Origin: Elusimicrobiota bacterium
GTDB taxonomy: Bacteria > Elusimicrobiota > Endomicrobiia > Endomicrobiales > JBDRNC01
Length of the DNA: 64,000 nt
NCBI GenBank assembly: GCA_043811535.1
Contig: JBDRNC010000008.1
Coordinates: 46,867-110,866 of the forward strand
Direction of reading: 5' to 3'
The notes beneath the pieces were generated by a model. That model was given only the letters and a program-made list of their open reading frames with translations, had not been told where the DNA came from and did no database searches. Positions 47,189 through 56,623 of the stretch are shown in pieces. Made by a program: the position numbers and the translations under genes. Every line of letters begins with the position of its first letter. Position 1 is the first letter of the stretch.

Positions 47189-48250
47189 ATGCCGGCCGTA
47201 AACCAGCAAATACTGGATATTTATTGTTTAATAGCGTGCCAGTGGCGGGCCTGGCTCACGGCGGCCGGCATCGTGCTGGCATTCTGGGTCGGCGGTTTCC
47301 TGTTCCGCAAGGTAGTTGTTGTTTACATTGAATTCCTTACCAGGAAAACCGAAACCAAAATAGACGATGTCATAATTTCCTGCCTCAAACCTCACCTTAT
47401 ATACTGGCCGGTCCTGCTGGGACTGTATTTCGCGGCGAAGGCCGCGCCGGTTGAGAACGCTCATGTGCTGGCGCTGTTTAATAAAACCGTGCTGGCGCTG
47501 TTCTTCCTCTCGGTCACATTTCTCGTATCCAATATTGTTTCAGGCATATTCAAGGTATACACCGACAAGCACGCAATGCCTTCGGCAAGCCTGACTAATA
47601 ATGTCATCAAGTTCGTTGTAATCGCGGTCGGCGCGCTTGTCATACTTTCGCAGCTCGGGATATCCATAACGCCTCTGCTGACGGCCCTCGGCATCGGCTC
47701 GCTCGCGGTCGCGCTCGCTTTCCAGGACACGCTTTCCAATATGTTCGCAGGCTTCCATATAATAATGTCAAAACTCATCAAAACGGGCGATTATATCAAG
47801 CTTGAAAGCGGCGAAACGGGATATGTCCTGGATATAGGATGGCGCGCCACGAGAATAAGGGAACTGTCAAATAACGTCATACTCGTCCCCAATTCCAAAA
47901 TAACGGCGTCGGTGCTCAAGAACTTCTACGCGCCGGACAAAGAGATGGCCGTGCTTGTCCAGGTCGGCGTATCGTACAACAGCGACCTCGCGAAAGTTGA
48001 AAAAGTAACGATAGAGGTCGGGGAAGAAATCATGAAGACGGTGCAGGGCGGCATACCGGACTTCAAGCCGTTCATACGCTACCACACGCTGGGCGACTCC
48101 TCGATCAACTTCTCGGTGATACTCAGGGCAAAAGAAGTCGTTGACCAGTATCTCATCACCCACGAATTCATAAAACGCCTCCACAAACGCTACAAGCAGG
48201 AAGGCATCGAGATCCCCTTTCCGCAAAGAGTCGTGCACCTGCAGAAATAA
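47189..48250 (+). CDS. Small-conductance mechanosensitive channel family protein
   Basis: ALAFQDTLSN, GDYI, IGWRAT, GIEIPFPQR. Confidence 0.93.
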   Translation: MPAVNQQILDIYCLIACQWRAWLTAAGIVLAFWVGGFLFRKVVVVYIEFLTRKTETKIDDVIISCLKPHLIYWPVLLGLYFAAKAAPVENAHVLALFNKTVLALFFLSVTFLVSNIVSGIFKVYTDKHAMPSASLTNNVIKFVVIAVGALVILSQLGISITPLLTALGIGSLAVALAFQDTLSNMFAGFHIIMSKLIKTGDYIKLESGETGYVLDIGWRATRIRELSNNVILVPNSKITASVLKNFYAPDKEMAVLVQVGVSYNSDLAKVEKVTIEVGEEIMKTVQGGIPDFKPFIRYHTLGDSSINFSVILRAKEVVDQYLITHEFIKRLHKRYKQEGIEIPFPQRVVHLQK

Positions 48251-48375
48251 AACCAATTTCAGATTTCAAATATTCCCGACTTCGCTGGGACTCCATGTTT
48301 ACACTAATGAGGTCGCATATTTCAGATTGCGGATTTACGTCATATATCCGGCCATGCTGAATCATCCGAAACCTT

Positions 48376-48966
48376 ATGAAAAACAGAAAGGGCATTTTAT
48401 CAGGCGTGTCAGCCGGAATGATGATAGTGATGTCATTCGCGCTTATCATCATTGCGTCCTTCCTTTTCTCGGCCGCGTTCCTCAAGGCCACCGAATTTAC
48501 CGGCTATTTTCAAAAGGTCATATACGCGGGAAAAACAGCGCCGGCTCAGCGCGTCGATCTTATCGCAGGCGCAGTCAGTTCAATAGTGTTCACTGTTTCC
48601 CTTTGGAAATACTTCCTGCTCTTCGGCCTGATGGGTGCTGCCTGCTATATTTTCAAGAGAATTGACGACAAGAAAAAGCTTTTCTATATTTTTCACACTT
48701 TCAGACTGAGCCGCGTTTACCTTTTCTGGTTCGGCGTTTGCCTTGTTGCATGCTATTTATTCGCACTGCTGAAACTCAGGGATAAAATAGTTTTCGGCAC
48801 GGTCTTTCCGGATACGGTCAGCGTTTACTCGTTCTGGATGCTGTCAATGGGTTATTTCGGCGGATCGCTGATAGCGGCGAGAGTCCTCAAGGAAATGTGG
48901 ATTTTCTGGTACAGATTGTTCAGCAACGAACCCAAGCCCGATGAATCAATTGTGTTTGAGGAATAG
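48376..48966 (+). CDS. Hypothetical membrane protein
   Basis: 196-aa ORF with about 4 TM segments. Confidence 0.55.
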   Translation: MKNRKGILSGVSAGMMIVMSFALIIIASFLFSAAFLKATEFTGYFQKVIYAGKTAPAQRVDLIAGAVSSIVFTVSLWKYFLLFGLMGAACYIFKRIDDKKKLFYIFHTFRLSRVYLFWFGVCLVACYLFALLKLRDKIVFGTVFPDTVSVYSFWMLSMGYFGGSLIAARVLKEMWIFWYRLFSNEPKPDESIVFEE

Positions 48967-48976
48967 AAACTAACAC

Positions 48977-49005
48977 TTGACAAAGGCAAATCAGTTTAGT
49001 ATAAA
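48977..49005 (+). promoter_or_regulatory. Sigma70-type promoter
   Basis: TTGACA-17-TATAAA. Confidence 0.6.
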
Positions 49006-49080
49006 TAAATTGAAGCAATAGCAGACCGCATAATTCTCTTGGGGGAGAAAGAAAATGGGGGAGAATAGTTTTTATATCAT

Positions 49081-49114
49081 AACCACTTGCCGGCAATCCG
49101 GCTGTGGTTTTTTC
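49081..49114 (+). terminator. Intrinsic terminator-like hairpin in a 5' leader
   Basis: aaccac-tt-gccgg-caat-ccggc-t-gtggtt followed by a T run. Confidence 0.5.
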
Positions 49115-49128
49115 TATTTAAGGAGAAG

Positions 49129-49671
49129 ATGATGGAAGAGTTGGTTCCGCAAACCAGGATAGAAAGCAGGATTTTCGTCATCAGAGGCAGGAAGATTATG
49201 TTGGATAAGGATCTGGCTGAATTGTACGGAGTATCCACTAAAGTACTTAATCAAGCGGTAAAAAGGAACTTAAAACGCTTCCCGCCCGATTTTATGTTTC
49301 AATTGAATAATCAAGATGTTTCAATCTTGAAGTCACAAATTGTGACTTCAAGTTGGGGTGGTGTACGCAAACTTCCATTCGCTTTCACCGAGAACGGAGT
49401 TGCCATGCTTTCTAGCGTCCTGAACAGCGAAAGAGCGATTCAGGTAAACATCCAAATAATGAGGACATTTGCACAATTGAATCATTACCTTTCAACTCAT
49501 AGAGAACTAGCTCGGAAATTCAAAGAATTAGAAGAACGAGTTGAAAAGAAACTGGGTAAACAGGACGGAAAAATAGAATCAGTGATTGATGTTATCAATA
49601 ATTTATTACTCCGGCCGCATATAGAGATTCCTAAACCGAAATTTAAGATCCGGGGATTCAAGAAGACTTAG
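49129..49671 (+). CDS. ORF6N domain DNA-binding protein
   Basis: IRGRKIMLDKDLAELYGV, NQAVKRN..RFP.DFMFQL, AFTENGVAMLS. Confidence 0.92.
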   Translation: MMEELVPQTRIESRIFVIRGRKIMLDKDLAELYGVSTKVLNQAVKRNLKRFPPDFMFQLNNQDVSILKSQIVTSSWGGVRKLPFAFTENGVAMLSSVLNSERAIQVNIQIMRTFAQLNHYLSTHRELARKFKELEERVEKKLGKQDGKIESVIDVINNLLLRPHIEIPKPKFKIRGFKKT

Positions 49672-49702
49672 CCATATATTTTTGTCATTGCTGGGGGAAA
49701 TA

Positions 49703-50461
49703 ATGACGAAATTCAAGACCGCGCTGTTTCTTTCCACACTGTTTATTCTCATACTTATTTCACACCCGCTATATCCTGCCGCCGAGATGGTTGAGATTTC
49801 CGTAGAAATCACAGAAGTCAACAACGACAAGGCGAACGAACTCGGCATCAAATGGGTGGACACGCTCGCCGCGGGCGAAGTCGCCGGTTCAGCCGATAAA
49901 AGATCTCCCGAATCCCTTCCGGAAGTGCCCTCCCTTGTGCAGGCCGGGGACATAAAAAGATTCTCAGCCCTGACCGCGGAACTTAAAATCCTCATCCAGA
50001 AAGGCGCCGCTAAAGTACTTTCAAAACCTAAGATCACGACAAAGTCCGGCACTTCCGCGAGTTTTCTTGTAGGAGGCGAAATCCCTATTGTCTCCGCCGG
50101 CGCTACCGGCGGCGGGTCCGTCGACTGGAAAAAATACGGCATAAAATGCGATGTTTCGCCCGTTGTTTCCGGGGACTTCATCGATTTCGGCCTTGTCACG
50201 GAAGTCAGCCGCCTTGACTGGTCAAACCAGGTTAAGGAAAATCCAGCTATCCTGACCAGGACAGCCTCCTCACATGTCAGAGTTAAAAGCGGGCAGACAA
50301 TCACGCTTGCGGGTCTTGTGGAAACAGCCAAGCAGGAACAAATCATAGGGATACCGCTTCTTTGCGATATTCCGATTTTAGGTTATCTTTTCAGCCGAAA
50401 AAAAATGGTTGAGAACAAGACTACGGTGCTGATATTTGTGACGCCAAGGATATTGGAATAA
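49703..50461 (+). CDS. Secretin (RcpA/CpaC-like), secretin domain only
   Basis: LSKPKI, FLVGGEIP, IPLLCDIPILGYLF, IFVTPRI. Confidence 0.85.
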   Translation: MTKFKTALFLSTLFILILISHPLYPAAEMVEISVEITEVNNDKANELGIKWVDTLAAGEVAGSADKRSPESLPEVPSLVQAGDIKRFSALTAELKILIQKGAAKVLSKPKITTKSGTSASFLVGGEIPIVSAGATGGGSVDWKKYGIKCDVSPVVSGDFIDFGLVTEVSRLDWSNQVKENPAILTRTASSHVRVKSGQTITLAGLVETAKQEQIIGIPLLCDIPILGYLFSRKKMVENKTTVLIFVTPRILE

Positions 50462-50585
50462 ACCCCGTTAGAGCTAGGCCGCCTTTCGGCGGCCGTATTC
50501 CTTTATATTTTTCTTATTGTGTTATTTTCCGCGACAGCATAATACTCATGAGCAAAAATAGAAATATGTGTATCTCTAACGGGGT
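50462..50585. mobile_element. ACCCCGTTAGAG...CTCTAACGGGGT inverted-repeat element
   Basis: 12-bp perfect terminal IR; right end overlaps GTG at 50584. Confidence 0.75.
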
Positions 50586-50790
50586 GAAAACTAAAAGGGA
50601 AAAAGGTCAGGCCCTCCTTCGCTCGCCGCTGAAGCATTGGGGAGCTACGGAAGGGCAGGTAATGGCGGAATATGTGATTGCGGCAGCCATTCTCGTCATC
50701 GCCATAGCAGGAGTCCTGATAGTATTCAGGGAAGGCCTCGCCGTAGTATTCAATAAAGTAGCGGGCCACCGTTGCGGGATGTACCCATGA
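50584..50790 (+). CDS. Flp-type pilin with palindrome insert in the leader
   Basis: GQ-VMAEY then a hydrophobic helix; start uncertain (GTG 50584 or ATG 50548). Confidence 0.75.
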   Translation: MKTKREKGQALLRSPLKHWGATEGQVMAEYVIAAAILVIAIAGVLIVFREGLAVVFNKVAGHRCGMYP

Positions 50791-51446
50791 ATATATTAAC
50801 GAAAGTATCTCGGGACTCGTATCTAGTATCTCGAACAGCTGAAACACGCAAGAACCTTCATCAAGGCTTCGAAGGACAAGCCCGCCAAAGGCACTACGGC
50901 GGGCAGGCGATGGTTGAAACTCTGTTCGCGGTGGTTTTTCTGACGACGTTTTTCTTCGCCGCAATGCAGTTTATCATGGTCTCAATCGCGTGGTTAAGGG
51001 CCAACGAAGCCGCACAGGCGGGGCTAAGATGCGCGATAGTTTCCGAAGGAAGCACCGTGGAAGGCGCCGGCAGCGGCAATCCAAACAACCGCGCTCAAAC
51101 AGCGGTTTCATATATACTGGGGTTCGGCCTGCCTGCTAAAGCCGTACTTTGGGATAAAATCCCGGCCGAATCGGCCCGCCAGAGGCACAACGGCGGGCAG
51201 GCAGGGCGCGACCACTCTTCGGGCCCGAACATGAACGGCGCGAATATACGGATGTTCTCTCTGCACGTTTATTATTTTCAGAAACTGATGTTTTCGTCAT
51301 TTTTCAGCGGAATGTCTGCTTTCGGGATGCTGAATGTCTCGGACAAATACGGCCCAAGCGGCGCGGCACACTGCCGGATGATAAAGCCGCCTGACTGGAG
51401 GTATTATGAAAAAGCCTATCCGGAAGCGTATTGCTTCAATGAATAA
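50787..51446 (+). CDS. TadE-like pseudopilin
   Basis: GQ-AMVE + TM + EAAQAGLR; ATGA overlap start. Confidence 0.75.
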   Translation: MNILTKVSRDSYLVSRTAETRKNLHQGFEGQARQRHYGGQAMVETLFAVVFLTTFFFAAMQFIMVSIAWLRANEAAQAGLRCAIVSEGSTVEGAGSGNPNNRAQTAVSYILGFGLPAKAVLWDKIPAESARQRHNGGQAGRDHSSGPNMNGANIRMFSLHVYYFQKLMFSSFFSGMSAFGMLNVSDKYGPSGAAHCRMIKPPDWRYYEKAYPEAYCFNE

Positions 51447-52551
51447 GCCGATAAACTTCTATCTTCCGTCTTCCTTCTGCCGTAATCCGCGCGGCCAGGT
51501 ATTACCATACGCTCTGGTTATGCTCCTTGTCCTGATTATGTGCTGGGCGATGATGCTGAATATCGCGAAACTAACCGCGGACCGCATGATTACGCAAAAC
51601 GCGGCCGACAACGCGGCTGTTTCCGCCGCGGTTTACAGGGCCAGGGCCTTGAATACGCTCGGGCTCATGAATAACGCGATCGGCGCTCTGTTGTACGGCG
51701 GCAATGACGCGGTCACATCTTTTTGCTGGACATATCATAAATACTGCGTAAGCGTCGGCCTGACAGGATTGCCGGCAGGCGCGGCAATACCCCTTTTTCC
51801 TATGGGGGGATTGAACCCCGGAGACCTTCCCGGGGAATATGCTGAAGACAACCAGAAAAAGGTCGCGGGATATTTTGATACGTACGGGAGTAACGACCAT
51901 CTACAGGTCCGGTTAATTAAAACAGCCGTTGAACAACTGTCCAAGACGCAGCAATTAATAGCAAAAACCATTTATCCCGTTAAAGTACGCCTGCTCGCTA
52001 ACGATATCGGCAAGAGACAGGAAAAAAACCGCGCCGGAGAATATTCAGGCGCCGATCTCACATATATCGCAAGAGGAACATCGCTGGGCCTCAAAACAAA
52101 CACAAACGGCCCCGAGTACCATAGATCCAAGAAACTTGGCTGGCCCGAATCTTTTCTGATAAAAGGTGCGATAAACACGCTCATAGCGCTCACCGGTACC
52201 CCTGTGGAAATCAAGGAAATATACCAGGCTGAAAGATGGAGCAGCGGGAACTCTTCATGGCTGTACGCCGATAAAGAAGAATTTGACAAGAATCACAAAA
52301 TAACCGTTATTTGCGAAAGGCAGGAGAAAGGCTATCCTCTGCTCGCCGGCTGGTTCGGGATAAAGTGGCCGTCAATAAAGACCATAGCGGCCGCAGGGAC
52401 CTACAATACCGCCGGGCCGATGTTCCCTGTGGAAACGAATGAAAAACCGTCCGACGCTATCTCTCCCGTGATCAGGGAATACCAAAAAGCCGAAGATCAC
52501 GGATGGGACGCGCACCTGGCGCCGGTTAAACAAATGGGGATACTGCATTGA
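51439..52551 (+). CDS. TadG-like Tad domain protein
   Basis: RGQVL + TM + QNAADNAAVSAA. Confidence 0.8.
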   Translation: MNKPINFYLPSSFCRNPRGQVLPYALVMLLVLIMCWAMMLNIAKLTADRMITQNAADNAAVSAAVYRARALNTLGLMNNAIGALLYGGNDAVTSFCWTYHKYCVSVGLTGLPAGAAIPLFPMGGLNPGDLPGEYAEDNQKKVAGYFDTYGSNDHLQVRLIKTAVEQLSKTQQLIAKTIYPVKVRLLANDIGKRQEKNRAGEYSGADLTYIARGTSLGLKTNTNGPEYHRSKKLGWPESFLIKGAINTLIALTGTPVEIKEIYQAERWSSGNSSWLYADKEEFDKNHKITVICERQEKGYPLLAGWFGIKWPSIKTIAAAGTYNTAGPMFPVETNEKPSDAISPVIREYQKAEDHGWDAHLAPVKQMGILH

Positions 52552-53162
52552 CGACAATTACAGATTACAAATTACAAATTACATACAAAAAAAGAAACGG
52601 CGGGCAGGCCCGCCAAAGGCACTACGGCGGGCAGGCGCTTGTGGAAATTGTATTAGTCATTCCGCTTTTTATTCTTATCATATCTTTTACTTTGTGGTTC
52701 GCGCGGGTCTTGATAACGAAACAACAGCTGGTGACCGCCGCCCGATACGGAACCGACATGATCCTTTACACAACGCTCAACGAAAAACAGATAAAAAAAG
52801 AAATTCGCAATTACCTTTCGGATACCAATATTGAAGGAAGGAAACTTGATCCCGCCGGGCTGCCTGACGAAAATATCGCGGTTAAAATCGAAGGCTTCGT
52901 TCTCCCTGATTTTTCAAGCCCGTATGACCTGCTGGATCCTGGAAAATTGGGCAGACTTCTCGACGCGGGCAACCTGCTGGCCTTCCCTGAAAGGCACACT
53001 TCATGGGTTGAAATCCATTATGAATTCAGAACGCCGCGCGTCGTCTCGAATTTCAGCAGATATTTCTCCGGAGGTTTTCTGCCTGAGTCAATCACTATCT
53101 CGGGAAGGTCCGAAGTGCTCGCGGGAACCGGCTGCGGGAATGGGATACATGGACGACAGTAA
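52548..53162 (+). CDS. TadE-like pseudopilin
   Basis: GQ-ALVE + TM + AARYG; TTG start overlapping the upstream stop. Confidence 0.8.
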   Translation: MTTITDYKLQITYKKRNGGQARQRHYGGQALVEIVLVIPLFILIISFTLWFARVLITKQQLVTAARYGTDMILYTTLNEKQIKKEIRNYLSDTNIEGRKLDPAGLPDENIAVKIEGFVLPDFSSPYDLLDPGKLGRLLDAGNLLAFPERHTSWVEIHYEFRTPRVVSNFSRYFSGGFLPESITISGRSEVLAGTGCGNGIHGRQ

Positions 53163-53244
53163 TGAGTAATGGGTATTGAGTATTGGGTTTTTAGTATTTA
53201 GTATTTAGTGTTTAGAGTTTGTCTTAAATGGGGGGTGATTCACA

Positions 53245-53418
53245 ATGCTTATTAACTTCAGAAGGAACAGCAGGGGGCAGGGGATGGTGGAGTATATCCT
53301 GATAGTCGCGCTGATCGCGGTCATCGTGCTTGTCGGGATCAAACTATTCGGCGGCAAGATCAACACGCTGTTTCAGGACTCAGCCGAGAAGATTGAATCC
53401 GAGGCAAGGCCGCAATAA
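53245..53418 (+). CDS. flp: Flp family type IVb pilin (57 aa, absent from the ORF track)
   Basis: MLINFRRNSRGQGMVEYILIVALIAVIVLVGIKLFGGKINTLFQDSAEKIESEARPQ; SD GGGGGTG. Confidence 0.9.
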   Translation: MLINFRRNSRGQGMVEYILIVALIAVIVLVGIKLFGGKINTLFQDSAEKIESEARPQ

Positions 53419-53560
53419 CGCAGATTGTCACAGATAACTAGCACAGATAAGCGCAGATAAGACGTATCTGCGGCAATCTGCGTTTAAAAATCTGTTTAAT
53501 CTGCGCATGGGGCTTATCTGCGTTAATGTTTGTTGTCATAAAATCTGCGGTTATCTGCGT
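53418..53560. repeat. Gene-less two-armed CRCAGAT ... ATCTGCG element
   Basis: 4 left units and 7 inverted units; ends at the SD of cpaB. Confidence 0.85.
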
Positions 53561-53574
53561 ATGGGGGATAATAA

Positions 53575-54444
53575 ATGAAAAAGTCTTTAATCGCAACAGC
53601 AGTCTTCGGGCTCGTTTCCGCGGCGCTGGCCGGGCTCTATCTCGACTCTCTGGAAAAGACATATAAACAGAATTACGAAAAAACAAAAGTCCTTATATCA
53701 AAGCAATATATCGACCAGGGAATGATACTGGACGAATCCATGACTGAGGAAGTTATCGTTCCGAAAGCTTATATCCAGCCGCGCGCGATACCGTCAAAAA
53801 AGGACCTTGTCAATTCCGACGGGCGCAGGATATTCATGACGATAGTGCCTATCGTAAAGGGCGAGCAGATCGTCACGACCAAGCTTTTCATGCTGGGGAT
53901 GGATATCGGGCTTTCAGCCGTGGTCCCGGCCGAAAAAAGGGCCGTAACGCTTGTTTGCGACAGGCAGGACGTGCGCGGCCTGATAAAACCGGGTAACAGG
54001 GTTGATATCATAGGGGTTTTTGAATATGAAGACAACGGCGGCAGGTTCCGGCAGGCCTCCGCGACAATTCTTCAAAACATACTGGTGCTCTCGGTAGAAG
54101 ATATCTTTTTCGGCGGCGAAAAGCTGAATGACTCCAGGAAAACCGGCAGTCCGTACCCGGAATCCGCGGAAAGCAAGATCCCGGTTTCTCTCGCGTTGAC
54201 TCCTCAGGAAGCCGAACTGCTGGCGCTTGCTTCGGAAAAAGGAATCATCAGGTTTTCGCTCAGATCCATGGGAGACGACCGCTTGGCGGCGACAACGGGC
54301 GCGAAAATGCAGGATCTTTTAAAAGACGCGCCCGCGTCCGCGAAAACCGGCGCGAAAGAGGAAAACGCGGAACCGTACGTCAAAGAAATGCGGAAGAAAC
54401 AGCGTGAAGCCCTTGAACTGCTGAATAAATATCGAGCTCCTTAG
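53575..54444 (+). CDS. cpaB: Flp pilus assembly protein CpaB
   Basis: SAF-like region, KRAVT..GLIKPGNRVDI, ILQNILVL, LTPQEAE, LRS. Confidence 0.9.
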   Translation: MKKSLIATAVFGLVSAALAGLYLDSLEKTYKQNYEKTKVLISKQYIDQGMILDESMTEEVIVPKAYIQPRAIPSKKDLVNSDGRRIFMTIVPIVKGEQIVTTKLFMLGMDIGLSAVVPAEKRAVTLVCDRQDVRGLIKPGNRVDIIGVFEYEDNGGRFRQASATILQNILVLSVEDIFFGGEKLNDSRKTGSPYPESAESKIPVSLALTPQEAELLALASEKGIIRFSLRSMGDDRLAATTGAKMQDLLKDAPASAKTGAKEENAEPYVKEMRKKQREALELLNKYRAP

Positions 54445-54553
54445 TTTATGATAAATATGTTTGCGAGATCCGCCGTGGCGGACAAGAAAACAATCATCAT
54501 CCCCATCCCAACCTTCCCCTATCAAAGGGGAAGGTGAAGGAATAAGAATAATC

Positions 54554-56623
54554 ATGGGAAAAATAATTTCTATCTTAGGAACCGGAAACCAGGCAGAATC
54601 TTCAACAATCGGAGTAAATTTGTCGGTCGCGCTCGCCGCGCAAACTAAAACTCCCGCGGCATTGATCGGTTTTGACGGAAATTCCCTGGATGAACTTGAG
54701 GTCTTCTTCAATCTCAGGCCGTCAAAAAGCATTGAAGACATCATTCAGCCGCGGGGAAATGCCGGTGAAACCATTTTTGCCAGGCACACTTCGGACGTGG
54801 ATATAGCCGGGTTTGCCGGGCCTTTCCGTTTTGAAAAAGAAATTTCCGCGCGCTTAAACGAATTCATCGCGTCAGTTTCGGAGAATTATCCCTACACTCT
54901 GCTTCTCTGCCCGAAACCCGGCTGCGAGGAAATACCCCTCATCGCGGGTATATCGGACATAATGCTGCTTGTAATTACCCCTGACTGCCTGTCCCTCAAA
55001 CGAGCTAAAACCATTCTCGGCGCGATAAAATCAAATCATTTCTCATTTGAGATGATTAAACCGGTCATTCTGGACGATGATAGCGGCGGCGCAATTTCTG
55101 AAGAAGACATAGAAAGATTTCTCGGCCTAAACGTATTCCGCAGACTGACGTTTGAGCGCGGAAGTACGGCGTCCGGCATAAACACCGGCAGGCCGGTCGT
55201 TTTCTCCGAACCAAGCAGCAGGTTTTCTTCAGGCATAATAGACCTCTCAAAAATGCTGATTAAACTGGCTATCACTGAAAAGAAAATAGCGCGCGGCCGC
55301 GCGGAATCCCAGGTCGGATCGCCGGAAGAAAAAACCCGCGGCGCAAAGAGGTTAGACGACCTCAAAGAGACGATACACAAACGTATTATTGAAGAAATTG
55401 ACGTGAAATCAGTCGATTTGAAAGACCCGGAGAAAATACGGCAAAACCGCGCTAAAGCCGCCGAGATCATATGCGACATGCTTTCCCGGGAATCCGAAAA
55501 TGAAATCCCGAGGGAACTCAGGCCCGCCTTCGTTGAAGAGCTGCTTGACGAGGTATTCGGGCTGGGATGCCTTGAGAAACTGCTGGATGACCCGGAAATC
55601 ACCGAGATAATGGTAAACGGCCCCGAAACGGTATATGTCGAAAAAGGCGGAAAGATTCATGGCTCCGGCGCGCGGTTTTCCGGGCAAGGCCAGCTACTTA
55701 CGGTCATTGACAGGATTGTCTCGCCGCTGGGGCGCAGGATTGATGAATCTTCGCCAATTGTGGACGCGCGCCTTCCCGACGGCTCGCGCGTCAACGCTGT
55801 GATACCTCCTATTTCGCTTGTTGGCCCCGTCATAACTATCAGGAAATTCGCGAAAAAGAAATTAACAGTTGAAGACCTTGTCAATTTCGGAGCGTTGACC
55901 GCGGAGATGGCGGAATTCCTGAAAACCTGCGTTCTGCTTCGCAAGAATATCGTGATATCCGGAGGGACCGGCTCGGGCAAAACTACCCTGCTTAACGTCA
56001 TGTCATCCTTCATCCCGGAAGACGAGCGCATACTGACTATAGAGGATTCCGCTGAGCTTAATTTGCCGCAGGCGCACGTTGTACGCCTTGAGGCCCGGCC
56101 GCCGTCCATAGAAGGCGCCGGCGAAGTCCCGATAAGGCGTCTCGTGATAACCGCGCTCCGCATGCGCCCTGACAGAATAGTGGTAGGCGAATGCCGCGGC
56201 GGCGAGGCGCTGGACATGCTTCAGGCGATGAATACCGGCCACGACGGCTCGATGACTACGGTCCACGCCAACTCGCCGAAAGACGCTGTTTCCAGGATCG
56301 CCACGATGGTGATGATGGCCGGAATGGACCTGCCGGATAAAGCGATAAAAGAGCAGATCGCTTCGGCGGTCAGGATAATAATACAGCTTTCGCGCTTATC
56401 CGACGGTTCAAGAAAAATTGTGCAGATATCCGAACTCGGCGGCGGGGAGAACGGCGCAATAAAAATAGCGCCCCTGTTCGAATACGCGCGGTCAGGGATT
56501 ATTGAAGGCAGGGTTGTCGGAAAATTCGAACCGGCGGGGACGCTGCCGGATTTTTTTGACGAAATCGAACAACACGGGCTCAAATTGGACAAGAAGATAT
56601 TTTTTGGATTGGGGGGAAAATGA
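54554..56623 (+). CDS. cpaF: CpaE/TadZ-like domain fused to CpaF/TadA ATPase
   Basis: N-terminal degenerate MinD-like fold; C-terminal GGTGSGKTT, LRMRPDRIVVGECRG, NTGHDG. Confidence 0.9.
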   Translation: MGKIISILGTGNQAESSTIGVNLSVALAAQTKTPAALIGFDGNSLDELEVFFNLRPSKSIEDIIQPRGNAGETIFARHTSDVDIAGFAGPFRFEKEISARLNEFIASVSENYPYTLLLCPKPGCEEIPLIAGISDIMLLVITPDCLSLKRAKTILGAIKSNHFSFEMIKPVILDDDSGGAISEEDIERFLGLNVFRRLTFERGSTASGINTGRPVVFSEPSSRFSSGIIDLSKMLIKLAITEKKIARGRAESQVGSPEEKTRGAKRLDDLKETIHKRIIEEIDVKSVDLKDPEKIRQNRAKAAEIICDMLSRESENEIPRELRPAFVEELLDEVFGLGCLEKLLDDPEITEIMVNGPETVYVEKGGKIHGSGARFSGQGQLLTVIDRIVSPLGRRIDESSPIVDARLPDGSRVNAVIPPISLVGPVITIRKFAKKKLTVEDLVNFGALTAEMAEFLKTCVLLRKNIVISGGTGSGKTTLLNVMSSFIPEDERILTIEDSAELNLPQAHVVRLEARPPSIEGAGEVPIRRLVITALRMRPDRIVVGECRGGEALDMLQAMNTGHDGSMTTVHANSPKDAVSRIATMVMMAGMDLPDKAIKEQIASAVRIIIQLSRLSDGSRKIVQISELGGGENGAIKIAPLFEYARSGIIEGRVVGKFEPAGTLPDFFDEIEQHGLKLDKKIFFGLGGK

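Noticed and set aside
49129-49671. ORF6N as evidence of a prophage
   Set aside because: No integrase, structural or replication genes nearby.
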